64,000 nt of DNA from Gammaproteobacteria bacterium (lineage in GTDB: Bacteria; Pseudomonadota; Gammaproteobacteria; UBA9214), in contig JAJDNX010000035.1 in the NCBI GenBank assembly GCA_022340485.1, positions 5,985 through 69,984 on the forward strand, given 5' to 3'. The translations under genes and the position numbers were made by a program. Below the pieces are notes generated by a model. It made no database searches, was not told where the DNA came from, and saw nothing but the letters and a program-made list of their open reading frames with translations. This document shows positions 57,096 through 64,000 of this stretch, in pieces (the stretch's first letter is position 1; each line of letters starts with the position of its first letter).

Positions 57096-57111
57096 CCGCT
57101 ACCGGCATACT

Positions 57112-57145
57112 GTGAAAAGGCGGCTACGGCCGCCTTTTTTGTTGG
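57112..57145 (+). terminator. rho-independent terminator after fba
   Basis: aaaaGGCGGCtacgGCCGCCttttttgtt. Confidence 0.8.
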
Positions 57146-57225
57146 AATTATCCTCCCCTAAGTGATAAATGTATTCCCCCGGCAGTTGTAACAGTGCCGG
57201 GGTGTTTCTTTCGCAAGAGGTTGGC

Positions 57226-57741
57226 ATGTCCAAGGTCTACCCGTTTTCAGCCTATGACAAATATATGAGTCTGAAACTGGACTCAACCCTGTGGCTGGTC
57301 ATCGTGTATTTCCTGCGCCCCTTGATACTGGAAATATCTACCATCCAGATGGGAAGGGGGGGCAAATCCCAAAGTGTCAGTGGCTTAAAAGACCTGGTCT
57401 ATCCGGATGACTTTGGGCTATTTCTCGCATTCTTCGCGACCATCCCCGTTCTGCTGCTGATGTTTGCCTATGCCAAAAGGAAGCCTGGTGCATCTGCATT
57501 TGTACGGACACTGTGGCGCAACGGCAGGAGCTTGTTGGCTGCAGCAGCAGTAATGAACATCGTGGTTATCTTTATCCCTTTTATCGCCAGCATCACGCAT
57601 TCGATAAACACCTTCGGCTGGGTACAACTCGCTGTGGCAGTCGCAATTATTGTCTATCTGTATTCTTCAAGACGTGTTAGCGATACGTTTGCAGATTTTC
57701 CCGAAGAGTCCGGTGTGGGCCACAGAAAAAACTGTAACTAA
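57226..57741 (+). CDS. small inner-membrane protein of unknown function (possibly DUF2919-like)
   Basis: 171 aa from MSKVYPF. About 4 predicted TM helices. Confidence 0.5.
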   Translation: MSKVYPFSAYDKYMSLKLDSTLWLVIVYFLRPLILEISTIQMGRGGKSQSVSGLKDLVYPDDFGLFLAFFATIPVLLLMFAYAKRKPGASAFVRTLWRNGRSLLAAAAVMNIVVIFIPFIASITHSINTFGWVQLAVAVAIIVYLYSSRRVSDTFADFPEESGVGHRKNCN

Positions 57742-57912
57742 GCGGTTTGGTAAGATTCCATACAGACAGTTTCTCGTGCGTGAGCATCAAGCCGATTAAA
57801 TCCATCTAATACATAGAGTTATGGTTTGCTGTAGTAGATGCTGGTGGCTGTACGGGTGCCTGCCAGATGTGTACACGGTCTAAATTAAGCCCGATCCTGT
57901 CCGATATCTTTC

Positions 57913-60813
57913 TTGCAGTTGTTTGTCTTTTTTCAAGTTCTCCGGGCAGTTAGGCAGTGCAACAACGGTGAGCACAGAGTATCCAGTATGAGTAGCAGAG
58001 AGCATAGTAAGGGTAATCGCGATAGCGAGTGCGCAGATTTCGATGCGGCTTTTGTTCATGGAGTAAGTGTTTCCGAACCGAGATTCGAGCATGAACAGAT
58101 AGAGCTTGTATACACACAGGCAACGGTTGCCATGCTAACTGGCTGGATCCTGTCTGTGTTTATAGCACTGGGCCTCTGGAATGTTGTTGACCATAAACAA
58201 ATGCTGTTTTGGATGGAGGCGCAGTCCCTTCTGACGGCAGCAAGATTAATGCTTGTATACAGATACAAGCACGCACAGAAAGCACAGCAGGCATCTGCCC
58301 TATGGGCAATATTGTTTTTTGCCGGGGCGATGCTCTCGGGCGTTGTCTGGGGTTGCCTGGGCTTGATGCTTAGCTTTTCATGGCCGGTTGAATATCAGAC
58401 ACTCACCCTCATGAGCCTGGCAGGTGTACTGGCTGGCGCAATCTCGTCCTATGCAGCGAAGCTGTCTTTCTATATTGCCTTCATGGTGCCGGCAATTCTT
58501 ATTCCTGCACAGTCCATGCTGATGCATAACAGCAGCATCAGTCACAAGATGGGATTGTTATTGATGCTATTTTCCGGATTGCTGCTGGTGATCGCAAGAA
58601 ACTATAACAAGAACGTGCTTCAATCGCTGCAGCTCCGCAAGGAGAACACTGTGTTGTTGCGTGAGACCGCAGATATTAATGTCGCGCTACAAGCAGAAGT
58701 GGATAACCGGCTCAAGTTGCAGGAGCAGCTGTTGCGGGAGAGGAAGTTATTTACAAAAGGATCAGTAACCGTATTCCGCTGTAGAGCGGAGCGCGGCTGG
58801 CCCATCGAGTACATATCCGAAACGATTTCCCACTATGGATATGACAGCAAGCAACTGGTTGAGGATAGGACCAGGTATGCAGATATCGTGCATGCAAATG
58901 ATGTCCATAGAATAGTCGATTCTGAGCTGCAATCTGAGGGCGATGGTACACAGTTTATAGGGATCGATTATCGCATTGTGTGCAGAAATGGTGATGTCCG
59001 CTGGGTCTATAGCTACAGCATCCCTGTAATGAATGAGACGGGTGATCTGACACATTATGCTGGTTATATTCTCGATATAACCAGCCGCAAACAGACAGAG
59101 TTTGATCTGGAGCAGGCAAGGGAACGTGCGCAGGTGACATTGCACTCGATTGCAGACGCTGTAATCACAACCGATGTCAACGGCCAGGTCGAATATCTCA
59201 ATCCAAGAGCCGAAGAACTTACGGGCTGGGAGAGCCGGATTGCCCAGGGTTTGCCGCTGTCCAGGATATTTTGCCTGTTTGAGGAGGAAAGCAGGACGTT
59301 ACTTGAAGGCCCGGTCAAACAGTGTTTGCGTCATGGCGAAATAATAAAATCGGGAAGTGATACAAGCCTGACACGCCATGATGGTGAGCATCTTTCTGTC
59401 CAATATTCAGCTTCGCCAATTCTGTTTGAGACTGGTTCTGCACTGGGTGTGATACTGGTCATACATGATGTGACTGAGGCCCGGATAATGGAACAGAAGA
59501 TCTCGTTCCAGGCAACCCATGACGCGCTCACGGGATTGATTAATCGCACAGAGTTTGAAAAACGGCTCAACTACGCAATCGAATCTGCCCTGTATGCGAA
59601 TGAAAACCACGTGCTCTGCTATATCGATCTTGATCAGCTGAAAATCATTAATGACACCTGCTCACACGAGTCTGGCGATGCACTGATCAGTGAAATCACC
59701 GGTCTTATACATGGCTGCCTGCGTGAGTCGGATGTACTTGCACGGCTGGGTGGTGATGAATTCGGCGTGTTGCTGAAGAACTGTTCTCTGCTTAGTGCTG
59801 TTGATCTGGTTGAGTCGATACTCTCTGCTATACGTGACTTGCACTTCTCAAGTTGTGGCCGTGTTTTTGATGTCACGGCGAGTATTGGAATGGCAGCGAT
59901 TGATACCGACACCGGCAGTGCGCCCGGAGTAATGATCGAAGCAGACCTGGCCTGTCATGCGGCAAAAGATGCCGGCGGGGATCGTCTTCATATTTACCAT
60001 CCGGAAGACCAGGGTCTTGCGCGCAGGCACAGTGAAATGCAGTGGGTCTGTGAACTTACAGAGGCTATCAAGTCAGACAGACTGGTGCTCTATTGCCAGG
60101 ATATCGTGCCAATAATCCAGGATAGTAATGCCGGCCAACACATTGAAGTGCTGGTGCGGATGCTTGATGACAGTGGCGCGGTGATATCCCCTGACAGGTT
60201 TCTGCCTGCTGCCGAGCGTTATAACCTGATTACCAGTCTTGATCGCTGGGTGGTTAGCCACGCTTTTGCCTGGTATTCCAGGTACCTCAGGAGTGCAGAC
60301 GTTAGTGGGCTGGATACATTGGCTATTAATCTTTCGGGGGCATCCGTCACGGATGGCGGCTTCCTCAAGTTTATAAAGAACGAGATGATCATGCATGAAG
60401 TGCCAGCTGGCGTTATCTGCTTTGAGATCACCGAAACAGCGGCTATTGCAAATATTGAAGCGGCAACCCAATTCATGCATGAATTGAAATACCTGGGTTG
60501 TCGATTTGCACTGGATGACTTTGGCAGCGGCTTGAGCTCATTCGCCTATCTGAAAAACCTGCCGGTTGACTACTTGAAAATCGATGGAAGTTTTGTGAGG
60601 AATATTGATACGGATGCGATTGACAGCGCGATGGTTCGTTCCATTCAGCAGCTGGCAAATGTAATCGGTATAAAGACCATCGCGGAATTTGTAGAAAACG
60701 GTAGGATACTGGGGGAACTTGCTGATATTGGTATTGATTATGCCCAGGGGTATGGCATATCGAGACCATTACCGCTGCAAGATAAGGACCTTGCCAGAGC
60801 ACGGTCAGCCTGA
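57913..60813 (+). CDS. membrane-anchored PAS-PAS-GGDEF-EAL cyclic-di-GMP signalling protein
   Basis: About 6 N-terminal TM helices, two PAS-like segments, GGDEF (RLGGDEFGVLL) and EAL domain (EITET... DDFGSGLSS). True start uncertain (possibly MSSREH at ~57988). Confidence 0.85.
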   Translation: MQLFVFFQVLRAVRQCNNGEHRVSSMSSREHSKGNRDSECADFDAAFVHGVSVSEPRFEHEQIELVYTQATVAMLTGWILSVFIALGLWNVVDHKQMLFWMEAQSLLTAARLMLVYRYKHAQKAQQASALWAILFFAGAMLSGVVWGCLGLMLSFSWPVEYQTLTLMSLAGVLAGAISSYAAKLSFYIAFMVPAILIPAQSMLMHNSSISHKMGLLLMLFSGLLLVIARNYNKNVLQSLQLRKENTVLLRETADINVALQAEVDNRLKLQEQLLRERKLFTKGSVTVFRCRAERGWPIEYISETISHYGYDSKQLVEDRTRYADIVHANDVHRIVDSELQSEGDGTQFIGIDYRIVCRNGDVRWVYSYSIPVMNETGDLTHYAGYILDITSRKQTEFDLEQARERAQVTLHSIADAVITTDVNGQVEYLNPRAEELTGWESRIAQGLPLSRIFCLFEEESRTLLEGPVKQCLRHGEIIKSGSDTSLTRHDGEHLSVQYSASPILFETGSALGVILVIHDVTEARIMEQKISFQATHDALTGLINRTEFEKRLNYAIESALYANENHVLCYIDLDQLKIINDTCSHESGDALISEITGLIHGCLRESDVLARLGGDEFGVLLKNCSLLSAVDLVESILSAIRDLHFSSCGRVFDVTASIGMAAIDTDTGSAPGVMIEADLACHAAKDAGGDRLHIYHPEDQGLARRHSEMQWVCELTEAIKSDRLVLYCQDIVPIIQDSNAGQHIEVLVRMLDDSGAVISPDRFLPAAERYNLITSLDRWVVSHAFAWYSRYLRSADVSGLDTLAINLSGASVTDGGFLKFIKNEMIMHEVPAGVICFEITETAAIANIEAATQFMHELKYLGCRFALDDFGSGLSSFAYLKNLPVDYLKIDGSFVRNIDTDAIDSAMVRSIQQLANVIGIKTIAEFVENGRILGELADIGIDYAQGYGISRPLPLQDKDLARARSA

Positions 60814-61158
60814 TACCAGCACAAGTAACAGCGCGATAGCGGCAGGTAGAGCCTGCACAAAAAATATCACGGGCTTTACCGTCAGCGCACCATAAACACC
60901 TGCAATGATAATGCAGACAAGAAAAAACACATTTGTGTCGATGGTTTGCGGCTGGCAAGTAAGTCCCCACAGAAGACCGGCCGCAAGGAAGCCGTTGTAA
61001 AGTCCCTGGTTTGCCGCCAGTACTTTGGTCTGCTCCGCGAATTCACGCGTTATCCCGAAGATTCTGCGCCCCGATGGTTTTGTCCAGAGAAACATTTCCA
61101 GTATCAGGAATACAATATGCAGTACGGCGACGCAGGCACTAGCAATACTGGCAGCCAT
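60805..61158 (-). CDS. small membrane protein, DUF1304-like
   Basis: 117 aa, 4 TM, LAANQGLYNGFLAAGL motif. Confidence 0.5.
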   Translation of the reverse strand: MAASIASACVAVLHIVFLILEMFLWTKPSGRRIFGITREFAEQTKVLAANQGLYNGFLAAGLLWGLTCQPQTIDTNVFFLVCIIIAGVYGALTVKPVIFFVQALPAAIALLLVLVSG

Positions 61159-61177
61159 AAAAGACTCCTTTGGGTGT

Positions 61178-62164
61178 TTAGATGATGATGGCTGGTTCGT
61201 CCAGCAGGCTCGACTGTTCCCTTAGCGAAAGCACATGCTCTTCCCAGTAACGCGGGGTATTGAACCACGGAAATGCTCGCGGGAAGGCCGGATCATTCCA
61301 GCGTCTCGCCAGCCAGGCCGCATAGTGCATGATGCGCAGGGTACGTAGCGGTTCAATTAACTGCAGTTCCCGGTGATCGAACTCACGAAATTGTAGATAA
61401 CCCTCAATGATGTCCGCCAGTTGCGATTGCATCGCGTGTCTGTCACCGGAGATCAGCATCCATATATCCTGAACAGCCGGACCGGTCCTGCAATCATCCA
61501 GGTCAACGAAATGCGGTCCCTGTTCTGTCCATAAGATATTCCCCGGGTGACAATCACCATGCAGCCGCAGGGTCCTGATGCTGCCGGCACGGCTGTACAT
61601 TCCTTCTATCTGCTGCAGCAGATCTTCCGCCAGGGTGCGGTAGGCGATTTCTATATGGGCGGGGATAAAACCCTCTGCAAGCAGAAACCGGTATGACTGG
61701 TACCCAAAGCTTTCGATGTCCAGTGTTGGTCTGTGTGCGAACTTCTTCGCGGCGCCAACGCCGTGAATGCGAGCAATAAAACGGCCCATCCATTCGCGAT
61801 GTTCTCGTGTGCTCAACTCGGGCCAGTGACCGCCCTGGCGGGGATAGATGGCAAAATGATAGCCTTGGTAACTGTGCAGAGTGGTTTCGTTGAGGATCCT
61901 TGGTGCGATTACCGGAATTTCCTCTGCTGCCAAGGCCAGTGAAAATTCGTGTTCTTCCCTAATGGCGGCAGTGGACCAGCGCCCGGGGCGGTAGAATTTC
62001 GCAATGACCGGCATGCTGTTTTCTATGCCAACCTGGTAGACACGGTTCTCATAACTGTTGAGTGCAAGAAAGCGGCCATCGGTGAGGTATCCGCAACTGT
62101 CTACCGCGTCCAGCAGGGCATCCGGTGTCAGGCCGGAGTAATCAACAGGTTCAGGGGGGGGCAT
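61178..62164 (-). CDS. srkA: stress-response Ser/Thr protein kinase SrkA/YihE (RdoA family)
   Basis: Kinase-like fold: LHGDCHPGNILW (catalytic loop) and DLDDC. About 328 aa from MPPPEP. Confidence 0.8.
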   Translation of the reverse strand: MPPPEPVDYSGLTPDALLDAVDSCGYLTDGRFLALNSYENRVYQVGIENSMPVIAKFYRPGRWSTAAIREEHEFSLALAAEEIPVIAPRILNETTLHSYQGYHFAIYPRQGGHWPELSTREHREWMGRFIARIHGVGAAKKFAHRPTLDIESFGYQSYRFLLAEGFIPAHIEIAYRTLAEDLLQQIEGMYSRAGSIRTLRLHGDCHPGNILWTEQGPHFVDLDDCRTGPAVQDIWMLISGDRHAMQSQLADIIEGYLQFREFDHRELQLIEPLRTLRIMHYAAWLARRWNDPAFPRAFPWFNTPRYWEEHVLSLREQSSLLDEPAIII

Positions 62165-62333
62165 GTCGGGAGACTCGATAACGGATGCTCTGGCAATGTT
62201 AGCGTGCATTTGTATATGGCACCGCATGTCTGGTCAGGTTTTCTGCCCAGCACCGGACGGTGAGGATAGTGTAACCGACTAGCTGTGGATTACTGTCAAG
62301 GTGGCAGTTTTGCTCAGTGACTAAATTAGAGAA

Positions 62334-62486
62334 TCAGAACTCGGTGGCTTCAATTTCCATACAGGCCTGCGTGCCCTGCGGGCCAAGTTCCTCTTCATAG
62401 CCGGACCAATCCTGGTATTCTGCTGTCGCCGGAACGGAAATTGCCTTGACATTGCTGCTGTCCAGACCCTCATCGAAGGCCTTCAT
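62334..62486 (-). CDS. possible 50-aa acidic small protein
   Basis: ATG..TGA ORF MKAFDEGLDSSNVKAISVPATAEYQDWSGYEEELGPQGTQACMEIEATEF in the yihE-djlA spacer. Below the ORF-track size cutoff. No homology recognised. Confidence 0.25.
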   Translation of the reverse strand: MKAFDEGLDSSNVKAISVPATAEYQDWSGYEEELGPQGTQACMEIEATEF

Positions 62487-62528
62487 TGCCGTAGGCCTGC
62501 AACTAAAGGACCCGTTTATATCGCGGTG

Positions 62529-63308
62529 TTATGCTGATTTCCTGCTTTCCATGATTTGCTCGTAGGCCGCCTTGATTTCCTGTGTCTTCTCGGTAGCAAA
62601 CTTAATCATTTCTTCCGGCAGCCCCTTGGCAATGAGTTTGTCAGGATGATGCTGGCTCATCAAGCGCCGATAGGCCTTTTTTACTTCTGTATCGCTGGCT
62701 GACTTGCTGACATCGAGGATTTCATAGGCTTTCGAGAGCGATCGCCTTGGTTTTCCATGAGTGGCCCCGGCAGCGGACATGCTGAACAGGTGTTCGATAT
62801 CACCGCGCCTGAATCCCAGTTGTTCCCCGATGGCGAACAGAATTCTTTTTTCGCTGGCATGAATGTGGCCATCTGCCATGGCCGTGGCAATCTGTATCTC
62901 GAGAAACATCTGCAGAAGATTGCGCCGCCGCACGCATTCACGGTGGAATTGCATGATAACGTCATGCAGTGGAAAGCCGTCTTTTTTTCCTTCATTGAAT
63001 AACTTGATTGCTGCCTTTCGCTGCAATGCATCGAGTTGCATGCGACTCATGATGGCCTTGGCAGCACTGATCTCATCCGGGGTGACCCTGCCATCCGCCT
63101 TTGCAATATGGCCCATCACGGAGAATGTTGTGGTAAAGAATGCTGCCTGTATGCGCTCCTGCTGGTCAGTGTTGAAAGCCCCGTGCTGGTCCGTGATTTT
63201 AATACCACGATCAAAGTTGCGCCCCAGTGCGGCACCCAGCAGTGCGCCCAGAGGACCACCAAACATGAATCCCAGTGTGCCGCCGAGCAGGGTACCCCAC
63301 CAGGACAT
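62529..63308 (-). CDS. djlA: co-chaperone DjlA
   Basis: N-terminal Gly-rich TM (MSWWGTLLGGTLGFMFGGPLGALLGAALG), central TerB-like region, C-terminal J-domain (YRRLMSQHHPDK). Confidence 0.88.
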   Translation of the reverse strand: MSWWGTLLGGTLGFMFGGPLGALLGAALGRNFDRGIKITDQHGAFNTDQQERIQAAFFTTTFSVMGHIAKADGRVTPDEISAAKAIMSRMQLDALQRKAAIKLFNEGKKDGFPLHDVIMQFHRECVRRRNLLQMFLEIQIATAMADGHIHASEKRILFAIGEQLGFRRGDIEHLFSMSAAGATHGKPRRSLSKAYEILDVSKSASDTEVKKAYRRLMSQHHPDKLIAKGLPEEMIKFATEKTQEIKAAYEQIMESRKSA

Positions 63309-63393
63309 CAGTAAGGTACCCTGTGACCGGAAGGTTTCGCCACGGTTAGCGGGCGACTATCCCGGGTTGCTAATACAGATGTGGGCAACATGG

Positions 63394-63795
63394 TCATTTG
63401 AAGGCTGGCAGGGGCGTGGTGATATACCAGGCCTTGATTGCAGGATCATATTTCCATGTCTGCTTGTCGGTGAGCGTCGTCAGTGTCATGCGTTCGTCAT
63501 GGTAGTAGATGATCTCAACCGTGAGATTAACTTCTGCATGGTCCTCCGAGGTCGTGCTGTTGAGGACGTTGTATGAGGTTACCTTGATGTGCTTCAGTAC
63601 CTCCGGATCTGGCGCAAGCTGCGCATCACCTTCAGGACGCCGCAGGCTGTTGGCGGAACTGAAGTCCACCCAGCGTATGGCGGTTTCATATTGCCAGAGC
63701 GCCTTGTCCAGGGTGATGGATTTCTTGCTGTCGTCCACTGCCGCACAGGATGTCAACAGCAGGCTGGATAGCAAAAACGGGATGAATGCGCGCAT
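63394..63795 (-). CDS. lipoprotein of unknown function
   Basis: MRAFIPFLLSSLLLTSC lipobox. 133 aa. The tool ORF extends further upstream in frame. Confidence 0.55.
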   Translation of the reverse strand: MRAFIPFLLSSLLLTSCAAVDDSKKSITLDKALWQYETAIRWVDFSSANSLRRPEGDAQLAPDPEVLKHIKVTSYNVLNSTTSEDHAEVNLTVEIIYYHDERMTLTTLTDKQTWKYDPAIKAWYITTPLPAFK

Positions 63796-64000
63796 CAAAT
63801 GTTCCGGGTAGGTAATGGTTGTGGACAGTCCCGGCATTATACCCGAGCGTAGCTGCGAATTTGATTTTCTCCCCGGAAATGTCCTTACGCCCACAACCTT
63901 TTGTTCGCCACACCGACTCAGGTTGGGTTGGTCGGTTACCGCCGTGCTGGTCCGCTGGTAACGACGGAAAGCCGCCATGCTGATCACCGAAAGCCCCGAG

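Overview
This 64 kb window reads as a largely syntenic core-genome segment of a gammaproteobacterium, with gene order strongly reminiscent of Pseudomonas-like genomes. GC is roughly 50-60% and drops by eye over the pil-chp and apbE regions. The gene order runs mutM(fpg) ... rpmG-rpmB-radC / coaBC-dut-algC-argB ... pyrE/xth ... yggT-proC / pilT-pilU ... pyrC'-pyrB-pyrR-ruvX-yqgE-tonB ... gshB / pilGHIJ-chpA-chpC ... rsmE-metF-ahcY-metK ... tkt-gap-pgk-pyk-fba ... yihE-djlA. I see no integrase, transposase, CRISPR array, rRNA or convincing tRNA.

I have no clear-cut novel system to report, only unusual arrangements.

- **Flavin-trafficking module (most system-like):** a gshB-apbE-(NusG-II/EetA-like) operon, with a Gx-transporter (EetB-like) gene, a periplasmic rhodanese, a small secreted protein and a DUF4124 protein between them. 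The whole module is inserted between tonB and gshB, where Pseudomonas has these two genes adjacent. The flavinylation target is not evident in the window.
- **PyrK-like reductase:** an Fe-S flavoprotein reductase is coupled to the non-catalytic dihydroorotase-like pyrC'.
- **AlgC N-terminal extension:** about 410 aa with two predicted TM segments and a sensor-like domain precede the phosphomannomutase core.
- **chpA repeat:** perfect 36-bp tandem repeats lie inside chpA.
- **Pil-Chp cluster lacks CheR/CheB:** there are no pilK or chpB homologues.
- **Orphan hydantoinase A** plus an ABC-2/GldG/DUF4340 module sit in the mutM-rpmG neighbourhood.
- **Duplicated DUF4124 proteins.**
- **Small regulatory-looking elements:** hairpins, direct repeats and a possible 50-aa ORF.

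Coordinates for start codons were chosen by homology and RBS inspection and may be off by a few codons.
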